Of a stretch of DNA of 64,000 bases, positions 50,145 to 63,904 are shown piece by piece. This DNA is from Felis catus (lineage: Eukaryota). The stretch is taken from positions 149,422,001 to 149,486,000 of the forward strand of contig NC_058368.1 in assembly GCF_018350175.1 (NCBI RefSeq), in the 5' to 3' direction. Below the pieces are notes generated by a model that was not told the origin of the DNA, made no database searches, and saw only the letters and a list, made by a program, of their open reading frames with translations. A program made the position numbers and the translations under genes. Every line of letters begins with the position of its first letter. Position 1 is the stretch's first letter.

Positions 50145-50648
50145 TACTTCATATAACTGGAATCATACCATATTTGTCTTTTTATGACTGGCTTATTTCA
50201 CATAGTATAAGGTCCTTAAGTTTCATCTATATTGTAACATATTATAGAATTTCCTTTTTTATTTTAAATTTGAGTATGGTTGACACACAATGTTATAGTA
50301 GTTTCAGGTATACAGTATAGTGATATGACAAGGTTGTACTTATGGTATGCTCACAGCAAGTGTAACTGCCATCTGTCACCACACAACACTTTTACAATAC
50401 CATTGACTATATTCCCTATGCTTAATTCCTGTGATGTATTTATTCCTTAACTAGTAACCCATATCTCCTACTGTCCTTAACTCTTTTGGCCCATCTCATT
50501 GCCCCCCTTCCCTTTGGCAATCATTAGTTTGTTCTCTATTTATGAGACTGAGTCTGCTTTTTTTTGTTTTATTCATGTGGTTTTTAGATTCCACGCATAA
50601 ATGAAATCATATGGTATTTCTCTTTCTCTGACTTATTTCACTTAGCCA
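50145..50648 (-). mobile_element. Two L1 3'UTR fragments (older L1M piece plus carnivore/L1MA-type 3' end)
   Basis: 'ggaatcataccatatttgtctttttatgactggcttatttcac' and 'gttatagtagtttcaggtatacag..aatgaaatcatatggtatt'. Confidence 0.85.
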
Positions 50649-51439
50649 CATTGATCTACTTTTATTCTATTCTCTTCTTTTCAATGGACTTAGTAAGAAA
50701 AGCCAAGAGAGGAAAGGTAGAGGGAAAACAAAATCACATTTAGCAGGAAAATGTCACCTCTCCATAGTAATGATGATCAGAAATCTTAATAATTATTGAT
50801 GGTGAAAATCAGCTGATGAACTTTAAGCCCTTGGGTTAAAGCTAATTGCAAGCCAAAATGAATACAACTGATCCCTCAGTTGTTCATTGATACAGATAAG
50901 ATGGACAATATTTTCCTGAGGGTGGAATGTTCTCATCCATTTTAAATCCATTTTACCCAGGATTTAAATGCTATTAATTATTTTCTAAATTCATATTTAG
51001 AAACTTTTAAAGATTTTCTCATTCTACTGAATATAGTTTTATAAACTTGTTACATGAAAACTTCTGCAGCAAAGAAATATATCTAGACTTTAACTTTTAT
51101 GTAAGACATATGCTTCTTCTGGTCCTCCCCCATTCTTTTACAAATGTGTAAATCATAGAATTAGAAGTAACTTCAAATGGTTCATGTCTAGACTGTAGGT
51201 GGAAGTGGATTGCAGAGACAGAACAGCAAGCCAGAACCAGGAAGGATAAGCCTAAAAATAAGTGTCAGACACCATACAAAGAGCATGAGCAGATGTTGAG
51301 TGAAAAGATAGGGTTTACAATCAGGTAGCAGTGTGGAATCAGGATCACAGCAAAGATGAGGCAAGACACGAAGTGAGAAACTAGACAGGGTGTAGCTGCT
51401 TCTATTCTGTGACCATCGTTTAAATCAGTTATCTTTCAT

Positions 51440-51572
51440 AATTGACTGGATGTCATTTGAGATCAAGGACTTTGCCTATCTAGATTTGTAGTCTTAGGAC
51501 ATGTTTTATATTACTGCATAAAATATGAACAAGGTGAATATTGAGTGAATGAATGAATGAATGAATGAATGT
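51440..51572 (+). mobile_element. L2 3' end with (TGAA)n tail
   Basis: 'gactggatgtcatttgagatcaaggac..aatattgagtgaatgaatgaatgaatgaatg'. Confidence 0.7.
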
Positions 51573-52547
51573 GGTAAAAGCCAACTACAGGTATAGGCTC
51601 TTTATACAAGTGTATAAATCAAGAGTTGGACACATACACATTCTATTTATTATAAAAATTTTAAAGGGTAGATTTCACAATGTCTAAATCTCAACTGTGA
51701 AGATTTTCTGCTTTTTCACTTTATAAGCCTATCAAAGTTAAGAAATGCAGAGCTGAAAATGGAGATCACCCTTTCCTAGTGGTTTTCATCCTTGGTGGAA
51801 TAAGATGGGGGGGGGGATTCCCTAGAGCTACATGAGTTGCAATCTAGTAATAATGAAAACTTCCATAGGATTCTAAACTTCTTGAGAGCAGAGAATGTAT
51901 GGTATAAAAAACTTGGCCTGCTACGCACTTGCTGTTTCTGCTGCTGCTGCTGAGTCTTCAAAAGCTTTCTGACTTATTTGAAGAAAAGCTGTTAATCTTG
52001 TCAGAGTCTCTCTGATGCTCTGAGACAGGGCTGAAAACCCACGTAAGCCTAGGGCTACTGGAAAGGGCACAAGAAAGGTCCAGGCAAGTTGTCTCTGTGT
52101 TTTTTGACCTAGTCTTAGCATTTCTTATAGTTACAAGACCATGTTTTACTTGAATGTTATATAATTCCTATGATGGCATAATGCCACACATGGAATAAAC
52201 AGGAAGATAGGGCTGGAAGGGATGGCTTCAGGTTCCTTCTCTCTGAGAAGTTAACACACCAGAATGATGTCAGTAGATTATTTTCAAGTTTATGAAGACT
52301 CACATGACTTTATAAGAGGCAAATATGAGAAAAAAGAACTATTCTGGATACTGATATAATTGGCATATAAATAGTCAAATATTTACAGTATTAAAAAATA
52401 TGTGGTTTCACATAGTGAACCAAATACATATTAGATAATGCTTATAAAATAAATTTCAGTGTTTTCAAATGAATGGGATTTTTTTAAAGATGGAAGTTCA
52501 GTAATTTTTGTGTTGGTAATCTTTTAAATTTTTTCTAAAGTTTATTT

Positions 52548-52766
52548 TTTTATTAAAAAAAATTTTTAATGTTTATTTTTGAGACAGAGAGAGACAGAGG
52601 ATGAATGGAGGAGGGTCAGAGAGAGAGGGAGACACAGAATCTGAAGCAGGATCCAGGCTCTGAGCTGTCAGCACAGAGCCTGACATGGGGCTCGAACTCA
52701 CAGACTGTGAGATCATGACCTGAGCCAAAGTCGGAAGCTCAACCAACTGAGCCACACAGGCACCCC
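52548..52766 (-). mobile_element. Felid CanSINE inserted in the tail of an older SINE
   Basis: TSD taaagtttattt at 52536-52547 and 52767-52778. Confidence 0.96.
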
Positions 52767-52963
52767 TAAAGTTTATTTATTTCTCAGAGAGAGAATGAGG
52801 GCAGAAGCAAGGGAGGGGCAGAGAGAGGAAGAGAGAGAATCCCAAGCAGGCTCCATGTTGCCAGCACAGAGCCCAATACTGGGCTTGATTTCTTGAACCA
52901 TGAGTTCATGACCTGAGCCAAAATCAAGAATTGGACACAACCAACTGAGCCACCCAGGTGTCT
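52767..52963 (-). mobile_element. Older CanSINE (tail remnant at about 52520-52547)
   Basis: 'gagagaatcccaagcaggctcc..gagccaaaatcaaga..cacccaggtgtct'. Confidence 0.93.
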
Positions 52964-54234
52964 CTGTATGTTTAGGTTTTTTTCATAGTAGTTTTTACTT
53001 AATAAATGAAGGTCATATGACATCCATAAAATCTGGTGGCTTCTATCAAGTCTGTTATGTGGCACAAAGTGGGTGTTTCATCTATGTGCATAAATTGACT
53101 ACACTAACAATTGACTCAAATTAGTATAAACACTTCGCAATACTAATTCAATACAATCAAATATTTTTTTAAAATTTTTCAATGTTCACTTAGTAAATAT
53201 AATTTATTTTTTCCTTCTCATTCATTTATTAAAACATACTATTTCTTTAACAAAAACTCTTAATTACCTCTGATTCACTGAGATATTGAAACTGATAGCT
53301 AATCTTGAACTAATAATTTGCATAAATATGGAAAGTCATGAAATGTATAGGGATCAGGAAGAGTTCCAATCAAAAGGCAGGGTTAGGTCTCACAGTGTGG
53401 TTTCATTCTAAAATGTTATGAATTTTTAAAATATGAAATATGTCCAAAGAAACATAAAGGCAAGAACATTTTTACAAAACAAATACATTTCAAACAATCC
53501 TCACCTTGGTCTTCCTATACCAGCAGGTATAATTTTTAACTCTTGATATAAATATTTTTCTGGAAAACTCACCCTAAATATTTTCTGTAATAAGCAAAAT
53601 AAAGTGTACAAATAAACAACAGCATAAATATTCTGGCCAGCTAGATTTGATATGTGGTAATTAAATATTCCAGCACCTTTGTCCAATTTCCAGGGTGCTT
53701 TTCCTTTGGTGGTAGTGTTCTCGTGCACTTTAGCAACTCCTCTGTCTTATATTTGTCAGGGAAGGAAAATTTCCTCTCTGGAGGTGACCTCTGTCCTGCT
53801 CAGTGGATTAGATGATTGTATGGTTACAGTCCATTGGCTTTGATCCTGGGATGCAAATGTTCTCTTCCATTCTGCACAGTCCCTTTCTGTCTTGGAGTCT
53901 GATCCTTTGTTAGCAGCAAACGCTCACTGCAAGCTTGTCACAATGATTTAGGAAAGGCATATTTTACCAAAATAAGAAGCCCAGTGGTGTAGCTGGAGCT
54001 GATCAGAAGCCATCAGCAAGCTGACAGATTGCTTTTTATGCGAGATTGGCCTTTGGGTCTTTTGGAGGAAGAAACCTCTACGTATACATGATGAAAGTCA
54101 ACATTTGGTCACAAAACTGTGATCCCCATTAGAAAACAAAAATGTTTATCTAACAGAAAGGTACATAGGTTTGAGTAAATGAATGAATGACCCAGATCCT
54201 TATAGATCTTCCCATTGAACATTCTGGGTTTTTT

Positions 54235-54400
54235 TCTTGGTCAGTCATTCACTCACTCATTTATGCTTTCATTCTCTGTGATAGGCTTTGAGCTATGTCC
54301 TGGGAATAAAACAAAAAGCAAGAGAGATATTGTCTTTCCTTCCATAGAATTTACATTATAGTGGTAGATGTTGACAAGTAATCAGGCATCAAGTAAAAGG
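54235..54400 (-). mobile_element. L2 3' end
   Basis: 'cattcactcactcatttat..ccttccatagaatttacattatagtgg'. Confidence 0.65.
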
Positions 54401-54947
54401 GAAATACCGTACTCTAGCTCACTATCACTCTTCAGTGTTATCCTATTTATTTAGATATGGAGCAAAATGGAAGGGAATATATTTTCCAGGTGATTAAGGG
54501 GCAACCTCTGCCTTTGCACTTGTATAGGAGAGGGGTTGATTAGTGGGAGAAATAGCTCCAAGAAGATCAGCCTTGTGATCAGAAACCAAAGAGATGATCT
54601 AATGCTCAGCAAAGGTGGTCCAGTGCCAGTATGAAACCATGAAAAAAGTTATGAAGAGACACACAGGGTGGTCAGATTGGGTCAATTTATCACCAAAAGT
54701 AGGTAGTTAAGATACATAAGAATTGGCTAGTTGATTCATATTCACTCTGGAACCCCGATCCCTCAACTGTACCTGAATATCTTCTCATCCTCATCCCAGG
54801 AGTGCTCCCTCTACCTTCTTCTTCTACTCAAACGTCTATCAACTTGCATTTGGAAGTTTAGTCTTGTTTGCCAAAATAAACTATAGTAACTCCAATGAAT
54901 TGGGAAATAATCCTGGTAGTATCATTTTAGGGATGGAGGTGCAGGGA

Positions 54948-55281
54948 TTTTATTTTTTATTTTATTTTATTTTATTTTATTTTATTTTATTTTATTTTAT
55001 TTTATTTTATTTTATTTTATTTTATTTTATTTTATTTTATTTTTAGTTTAGAGAGAGGGAGAGCATGGAAGCAGGGGAGAGGGCCAAATGGAGAGAAAGT
55101 GAGAATCTCAAGCAGGCTCCAGAGGTGAGAAGAGCATAGAGAGAGAGAGAGTGAGAATCTCAAGTAGCCTCTCTGCTCAGCATGGAACCCGACACAGGGC
55201 TTGATCCCATGACCCTAGCATCATGACCCGAGCTGAAATCAAGAGTCAGACACCCAACCGACTGAGTCACCCATGTGCCCC
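54948..55281 (-). mobile_element. CanSINE with long (TTTTA)n tail and internal duplication
   Basis: About 90 bp of (TTTTA)n. 'gtgagaatctcaag' occurs twice, and the SINE head is at 55215-55281. Confidence 0.93.
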
Positions 55282-56191
55282 AGAAGTGAGGGGACTTTAG
55301 AGCCTAACACCAGTCCCCTGGATAAATGATCTCTAGCTCCCATAGGTGTGGGCATAAGAAGTTTTGCCAGCCATTAGCAGGAGGACTGTGTGAAATTTTT
55401 CTTTGATTCTTTCCGTTAGTACCGACCTCATGGTTCTGCCACAGTGAGGTTAACACTTAGCAACCCTACATACTGTCCCACAAGCAAAGAAAAGTTTCTA
55501 CTGCCACTTGTTTGGTTCATTTCCTGAATGAGAGAACAAAACCAAAGTGATGCAGGAAATGTGTTATTTTTGTCTGAACTCAGGTTTTATTTATTCAGAT
55601 ATGATGAGACAATCCAGCCACATTTCCCTGACCTACCCACATTTACATAGAAGTAAGTTTTGTCTGTCAAATTCATTTTGTTTGAAAGCCCCAAAGGCCA
55701 TGAGCAACACATTCCCACAGACTCCTGTCTTGCTAGAGATATGTGGGCTGAACTGAAAGGGGACCAAAACTTCAGAATCTATTTGAATTGGCCACATACT
55801 GAAAGTTCAACTGTTGCATTTAAGGTTCATGTTTCCAGTGGATTTTAGAGCTGATTCTTCAAACTGCAAAGCAACATCTGCTTCTCTAGTCCCAACTCTA
55901 TGCCAATTACTGTTAAAGAGATTTCTGCCTGGGCCAGATGTGGTTCCTATGATTAAACTCATCTGTGCATTTCTTGTATGCAGCCCATTGTCTACCGAGG
56001 GCTCTTAGCCAGCTCTGAAGGGTGAATGGAGCTCAGTGCAACACTATGCTGTAATGATGCCATTTGTCAGCTTGCTAAATCTTGCAAAAGAACACAATTA
56101 AGTCAGTTTTCTAAAAATTCAAGTTTTTCCCCCCTGAAACAACCAATCTTGGAGGTAGTCATCCCATCAATTATTTTATACTCCAGCCAGG

Positions 56192-56217
56192 TTTTTTTTT
56201 TATTATTATTATTATTA

Positions 56218-56256
<39 letters not shown>
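56192..56256. repeat. (TTA)n microsatellite
   Basis: Direct reading. Confidence 0.97.
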
Positions 56257-56258
<2 letters not shown>

Positions 56259-56949
56259 TCTCTACTTTAGGACTAACTGCAGTTGTTCCTCAAAGGAGGG
56301 ATCCTCAAGAAGGTGCCAGAGGACTAAATATGATAACTCACAGTGGACTGAGAAGCTTAGGACAGCTTCTTATAAGCAATGAGGAAATCTTTTGAAAACA
56401 GAAAATGCAATTACAATCATTCTTAAAACAGGCTCTACAATAATATTGGCACAGTGAAGTACACAAGAGAACTATAGATGACCTTGCTTTGATTTGGGAA
56501 GACTTCCCTGTCATGTGGCTCTTACTAGTGGCTTCTATGCTGTTTTGGTTTTTATCTATCCCTTCAATAAGAATTTATTATGTACCTACTTAGGTTGGAA
56601 ATAAAATATGGAAATAAAAATAAGAGAAGTCACTATTTTTTAAGAAGCTTGCAATTCTATTTATACCCCCAAAATTACACAACAAATTATGAAAAATACT
56701 ACACTTGAGAAATAGGCAGGATCCTGTAGCAATAGAGAGGAGAGAATGTCATTGGTAAGAGTAATTTGCTAAAAGCGTCCTATCATTTTGGTACAGTTAA
56801 AAAAAAATAAAGCTATAACAGCCTTCCAAAGTGGCTCAATTGTGTACAATCTTCCCCCATGCTGTGAAAACCAGGCCTAACCTATAGACTGTAAATGTGA
56901 AATGGAATAGACTGGAAATTTACCCCAGATTTGATCAATGATTCATGAG

Positions 56950-57112
56950 GAAATTGGATGTAGGTGCTGGGGATGCAGGAGGGCACTTGTTGTGATGAGC
57001 ACTAGGTATTGTATGTACGTGTTGAAACACTAAATTCTACACCTGAAACCAATATTGCACTGTATGTTAACCAACTAAAATTTAAATAAAAAGAAAAGAA
57101 TTTTGAAAAATT
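56950..57112 (+). mobile_element. Carnivore L1 extreme 3' end
   Basis: 'gagggcacttgttgtgatgagcactaggtattgtatg..acacctgaaaccaatattgcactgtatgttaac' followed by an A-tail. Confidence 0.88.
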
Positions 57113-58719
57113 AAAATTGCTACAGATCAGAAAAGAACTCATGTAAAGCAGGCTCATAATAGGGCCCATCGAAGTATTTTCAGAATTGACTGGATAATAT
57201 TTGAGGAGAGCTTAGAGACATTTCACTGATGAGCATGTGGGCAAACACACTATCGAGCCTGCATCCGTCAGGGATGAAGGTAGGACTCATGTTCAGGAGT
57301 GGAGGAAGAAAATTCTAACAAGCACAAGGTTGTCCTATTGTGTAATTGGATGGGTGTGGCAGAGAGACATTTGGGCAGTGTTGACATCCAGTTGTCCCTT
57401 CAGCACTGCTGGTTTTGGAGAACCCCATGGCACACTGGGTTCTGAGACTCAAGGGAAAATTGGCAAAAGGGAAGGAGTTAGCTGGATGCTACAACAATTA
57501 CCAGTTCAGTTTTCTGTCTGAATCAGGTTCTGAGAGCAACACCGTGAGAGAATTTTCTCCCCTTGTCAGTTCTAAAAGGTTTCTATTAAGGCCATAGCCA
57601 GCAGTGGAGAACAAGGGCAGATTGTGGTATTTATAGAGAATAGTTGCTGGTTTATTTTCCAAACAACTGACTAAGATCTTGCGGAAAACAGCATTAAAAC
57701 AACATTTGTAAAACAGCTTGCAAATAGGGAACTCCATGTACAATAGGATATTCTGACTGTTTGGTTTTAATCATCTCTGACTGAATGTCTCAGGAAGTAG
57801 CCTTAGCTACAGTTGTATCTATTTTACATATATACCCACCTCGTTCCTTCTGGAGATGGATATGAATGTGTGACATAGGGATAAATGTAGAGTTCGGACC
57901 CCTCCTCTGGCAGGTCAAGAAATGTCTTCTTTTTATTCCTATTCTAAAACAAAATTATAAATCAGCTAGGATACATCAGGTCAGGAAAAAAATAGATTAA
58001 GTGCACATCATAATAAACCAATCTCCCAACCATAAGCCCAAATGTTTGGAGGGGCTTCAAAGTGCCCCCTGCAGCCTTTGACCAAAGCCTGGCAACTCTG
58101 AAGAGGAGCTCAGTAATAGGGACAAAGACTGCCAGATGCACAGTGTGCCAATGCCAGCCAAAGTGAGCTGGCAGAAAGAGAAGCCAGCAAACCGGCAGCC
58201 AAGACATAGAGGCCAGGGTGACGGGAGGCAGGGGATGGTTTCCAAGGGAGCAGAATTGTTTTTAATTACTTGCTGTAGTGTTTTTCTCAGCCTTGCTCTT
58301 TGTGATTGTATGTGGGTTGTTTCAATTCTACATCTATCATTCCCTCTGACAAGGTTGGAGAGCCAGAGAATGTGAAGTGACTTGTTCTCAAATAGGGTGG
58401 AGACAGGCACTGACATGAGAGGGAGACAAGCATATCGGGCTGGGCTGGAAAGCCCACATCTCCAAATGATGCATCCCATCAGAGACAAGGTTTTTGCCAC
58501 ACTAAATTTGAGCAAAATGGTAATGAAGTGTGTCTAAGAAGTAATTTGAGAAGACATAGCCAACCCTTCCATTTATTCCAGTTAATTTGTTTATTCCTCA
58601 TTTTCTACCTTCTATTCCCAAACCCTCTTGCACAATTTCTTGGAACAGGCAGTCTTTGTATCCAACTGAATAGAATAGTGAATCATAGTAGTAGTGAAAG
58701 TAGTAGTAATAGTTACTAT

Positions 58720-59480
58720 TGGCTAATCAACTGCTACATTGCAGGTGCCACGTGTTTAATTATTGTAACCACCATAGATATTATGATCCCTATTTTACAG
58801 ATTGGCATCTGCAGGAGACTAGAGTTTAAAAGAGATACTGACAAGTCAACCGGCACAAATGCTTCAATGCAGAGCACGGTGAGCTAAGAGAGTACCTAAA
58901 AGGGTCACCCAGCTTAAATTCTGGGGGAAGGTGAGAAAATGGTTAGGGGAATGTTGTTGGAGGAAGTCACATTTACAGTGAATAATGCAATGATGAAGAA
59001 GGCAGAATATGTAAGAATAATGAAGAATAAGTAAGAATTTCTCAGGCAGTGAGAGTGAGAAGGGTATTAAGGAAAAAGGGACCACTTAGAGGAAAGGCTT
59101 GAAACAAAACAGATCATACAAGCTTAAAGTGGCTAGATATGGAGCATAAAAGTAGTATAAATGAGAAGTAGGACAGAAAATGAGAAGTTTTCCTATTCTA
59201 TGCAGAGAAGTTTAAATTTATTCTTAGGAAAATGAAAATATTCAACTGATTTCAAGATTTGCAATTCAGAAAGTAGATTACAGAGAGTAGAAATGGAAGG
59301 TAGAATGCCCCCAGTTAAGGGGCAATTCCAATACTCTAGGCACGTACTGGTGATGTTCTGAATAAGGAAAGATCTTGAAGAAGAGTCCATGGACTTGATG
59401 ATTGAATGTAACAGGGGAAAGACAGCAGTTAAAAATGCTGCCTATACTATGGTCTTGGAAAATTGTGTGGACAAAGATGT
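58720..59480 (-). mobile_element. MIR and L2 fragments
   Basis: 'ccctattttacagat' (MIR) and purine-rich antisense L2-like 'cagagagtagaaatggaagg..aaggggcaattcca'. Confidence 0.5.
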
Positions 59481-59516
59481 TATTCAGTAAAAGAAGAACC
59501 ACAGGAGAAGGAAGAA

Positions 59517-59651
<135 letters not shown>

Positions 59652-60479
59652 CGCATATACTGTAGTGTTGATGAAGGGTGGTTAGGCAATGAATCCTGGT
59701 TGGGGACACATTATTATGGAGATGCACAGTAGTTTATGTAAGCCTTGCGTGCAAGGCCCATCAAATCTGTAACTACACATTCTAAAACTATTATCTTTAT
59801 CTCAGAAAACTTCCAGGCAGAGGATAGGACAGTAAATCCTTTGTCACTCTGGCTCTTGGGCAAGGTACAAGGCCCCCATCCTGCTTGTCTACTTGCCCAT
59901 CACCTCCAATTCCCAGACTTGTCTAGAAACCTGTGCTCTTCTCCTTGCTTTGACTCTACTAAGGCTAAGCAGACATCGACCACTTTTGCAACAAGCCTTT
60001 CTCTTTGACTTGAGAATCTGAGTCAAGAGGGTGGATGAATTTGTCAGTGGAATGAAAGACTGAAAAGAAAGCAGTCCCAGAAAAAAAGTACAACTCCATT
60101 TCTCTCTTAATTGTAGTTTCAATCCTTTTAGCTCTTAGCAGATCTCTAACCTGTTCTAGATTACCTAGTAATTCTCTAGGTTAGTGAATCTACTGTCAGT
60201 AAATTTCTCTTCTGCCTTACACTCATGGTCAGTTTCTTCTGTTTATAAATTAGAACTCAGCATAATTTGAACCTAAAATTCTTACTTGGGGAAACAGAAC
60301 AAAGAAAGAAGTTGGGCCATTTAAAACCTTAAGGAGCCTGGATAGAGTTTGAGTTAACATCAGGCCTCTGTGTTATTATTAATAGAATTCTTGAACAAAA
60401 CTAAAACTTCATGCTTCTAATAACATCTTGATGTTCTTTGGGTTGCTCCACACCCACTGCACCTACCTTGGACCTTGCT

Positions 60480-60950
60480 CCTTGGTTTCTCATTTCTTCA
60501 GTAGCCTCCTAATTGGTCCATGCTTCCACTCTTCTTTATTTACCGTGCTGACCATTTCTGGATAATTTTCCAAAATGCCTCTTTTCACACTCCCCCCTTT
60601 TCTGCTAAAGTTTCTGCTATAGGACTTGGCTTCCTGTAGGAAGCAATCAAAATTTCTTAGCTAATCATTTAAGTCTTCCCAACATCTGGAAACACATTAT
60701 TGCTCCATTTAACCACCTCCATTTCCTCAACACTCAAGACTTGTCTTCCCACATGCATGCAACATCATTTATCTTTTTACCTTACTTCTCTTGCTCTCTA
60801 CAACTAAATATTCTCTCTGGACATCAGTGCAAATCTTGCATTTCCTTAAATCCATATTGAACCCTTTTCCCATTTTAAAATCAGATAAGCAATTTTTTTT
60901 AAATTAGTCACTACTTTTTTTTCCTTCCCTTAATATCTGCAGTACATATA
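60480..60950 (+). mobile_element. L2 fragment
   Basis: 'cagtagcctcctaattggtc', 'cttagctaatcatttaagtcttcc' and 'atttccttaaatccatattgaa'. Confidence 0.55.
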
Positions 60951-61217
60951 TTCAGTAAATTGTAAATGCAGAAACTTGAAGGGATCCCAAAATCATTGGG
61001 ACCAAATTTCTCATCACACAGATAAATAAACTGAGCCCTCCTGAATTAAATTAACTTTACCAGTCCACCCCATGCAATCTTATACCTTATCTTATACTCT
61101 GATTGCTAGGCTTGCAGGATTTGCCCCTGCATTAGAGTGAAAACTTCTCAACCTTGCCTGACACTGGCCCTACTGAACTGAATTCAAACTGAATCAAGTT
61201 GAATACTATTCTATTTT

Positions 61218-61331
61218 AATTTTTTTTAAGATTTTATTTTTTAAGTCATCTCTCCAGCCTACATGAGGCTCAAACTCACAACCCCAAGACCAAGAGTCAC
61301 ATGCTACACTGACTGAGCTAGCCAGTCACCC
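61218..61331 (-). mobile_element. Short tRNA-like CanSINE
   Basis: 'ttaagtcatctct..ggctcaaactcacaaccccaagaccaagagtcacatgc..gactgagc'. Confidence 0.85.
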
Positions 61332-61345
61332 TAAGTTGCATTTTA

Positions 61346-61610
61346 TTATTTATTTTATTTTATTTTAATTTAATTTAGTTTTTAAAGTTTATTTTAATTT
61401 ATTTATTCTTGAGAGAGACAGACACAGCATGAGTGGGAGAAGGGTAGAGAGAGTGGAAGAGAGAATCCCAAAGCAGGCTCCACACTGCCAGCGCAAAACC
61501 TGATGTAGGGCTTGAACTGCAAACCATGAGATCATGACCTGAGCCAAAACCAAGAGTCAGATGCTTAACCAACTGAGCCATCCAGGCACCGCACCACACC
61601 CCCCCCCCGC
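61346..61610 (-). mobile_element. CanSINE with G-rich 5' extension
   Basis: TSD aagttgcatttta at 61333-61345 and 61611-61623. Confidence 0.95.
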
Positions 61611-63598
61611 AAGTTGCATTTTAAAATTCACTTAGGTACATCAATTGAAGAAAACAAATACTATGTTATCTGAGGATTTAAATATCCACTTTTTTTTTTT
61701 CAAATTTGGATTTTCATGTGTCTTATTTTTTCCAAGTGGGCAGAACTGGTCAAAGTAGATTGAGTATATATCTTTTTTAGTAGGCAGAGTCCCTTAACTG
61801 CTTAAACTCTGCTGAACTATTCCCAGCTCAGAGAGAGGGAAAGGCACAGATTACCACTTGGTTTACAGGCTTCTGAACATGAACCAAACCAGATGCCTAT
61901 GGATCTTTAGATTTGGATGTTTAGCCACTGTGAAGCTTCACACCATGACAGCACCTTACTTCTCCTGAGATAGCTCACATGTGATAGAAACAGCTACCAA
62001 GAATTCCTTATTGCCTGGAGGGTTAAGAAGGGAATCTAGTCTTTTTGATGATGATAAAAGTGAAATCAAAACACACATAAGCAAAATAATGTGGGGTGTT
62101 TTATAGATTCTCTTCCACATATAACAGAGTATCCATATGCCTTTTTGTTTTTCAAGTCTTAATGACTCATTACAACTATTATCTACTTTCTTTTTTTGAT
62201 ATTAGGATAAAGTTTTTGGAAATCCCATTCCCTCTGCATTACCTATAATTGTTTGTGTGGTAATAAAAACATACCATCTCCAAGTGCCAGATGTTGCATT
62301 ATAAATGAATTTATTTATTACTGAATTACTCTATTCTTAGTGTTTTTAATCAAAATTTATTTATATAGAAGATGTTTCAAACTAAGTCATTTATCTCTTT
62401 TGGTATATAGAGGCATAGCCAAACACAACAGTAAATGTCAGTTCCTAGACCAACAACTCACACATGCTCGATACAAATGTTATAACTAAGTACATAAAGT
62501 TTTAGAGCATTTAATAAAAGCTTAATAGTTTGCTGACATGCTTATTTCCAATTTCTTGGTGTAGTTTATTTCCAGAATATCTGGACACATATGGAAGTGA
62601 TGCCCTTTAAACATTGCCAACTTTTTACATCCACTGCACATTACTTGTTGGAGCTATTAAGTTAAAAAAAATCCCATAAATCAAGATGACATGAAGGGGA
62701 AAAAATAAGCTTTATGCAACAGGAAAACAATTTGTCCTTCTCACCAAAATATCCTAAACAAACAGCTAAAGAAACAGTTGTAGAGAAGAAAATATTGTTT
62801 ACAAGTTTTCATCTTTGAAATAATGTTGCTTAAAACAGTTTCCACAAAAATGATGTTTTGCACATATGAAGATTGTGCAAAGATTTGGTTCTTTATATTA
62901 TGGTTGAGATTGATAGACCTTAAAACCTTGAAGCTATTGAGCAGTCATACTGAACTCAGTTGGAATAACATGGCAGGTGGTGGGTCACATTAAAAAATGG
63001 GTAAACCTCCACATAACAGGTCTTCTCTACAATGGAGTGCGTGGTTTGGACCCAAATAAGCAATGTCACTAGTCAAATAGGGTTAAAACCACCTGAGTAA
63101 ATCAAACCAGGGAAATGATCCCCTCTTCATATAAGCAATTCAACTTGGAATTGGAGGCACTAAGGTTCAGCAACCCAAGAGTATTGATCAAGCAGAGAAA
63201 ATGGGATCACACTTCTATAACAATTGGCTTCCAGTGTGAAACTTGTAGCCTAACCTAAGAGAAAAATAGGGTGGATGCCGTGTCTCATAGGAGAGGGAAA
63301 AGAGGAGCTCCAAGGATATACTTATCTCACTTGATTTTTTAGGCTTAACGTTTTACTCAGGATTTGAAAAATATTCAAAACCCACAAGAAAATTCCACTG
63401 ATGAGGTCAAAGAGTCAAAAACTGTAATAATTATCTCCAAAATAAATGCCAAAATAGGGTTTTTTGGGGGTGGGAGTTGTTTTAGGGCTTTATGCTCCTC
63501 ATATATAGTATTTCAATGAAGACTATGTTACTTTGATTAAGTGAGAAAAATAAATGAAAATAAAGACATAAACAAATTAGGTATGTATACCTAGTAGC

Positions 63599-63904
63599 TG
63601 TATTTGTTCATTAGGGTTCTGATAAATACTGCAGACTATGTGACTTAAACAATAGAAATTGACTTTCTCTCAGTTCTGGAGGCTAGAAGTCCAGTATCAA
63701 AGTGTCGGCAGGTTTGGTTTCTTCTGAGGCGTCTCTTCTTGGCTTACAGATGTCCATCTTCTCTCTGCCTTCACACACTCTGTACTTTATCTGCATGTTT
63801 TCTGTATCCAAGTCTCCTCTTCTTATGAACACAAAAGTCATATTGGATTAAGAACCACCCATACAACCTCATTTTCCTCAGTTACTTCTTTAAAGGCCCT
63901 GTCT
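63599..63904 (-). mobile_element. MaLR LTR (MLT1A/B-like), interrupted by a SINE
   Basis: 'cagttctggaggctagaagtcc..ggtttggtttcttctgaggc..gtcatattggatta'. Confidence 0.88.

Noticed and set aside
51776..51961. ORF with a polyglutamine-like start
   Set aside because: It is a short (CTG)n run with no ATG start, splice or codon evidence.
58057..58515. 152-aa minus-strand ORF
   Set aside because: It has a non-ATG start, no recognisable domain and sits in a GC-richer patch, so it is consistent with chance.
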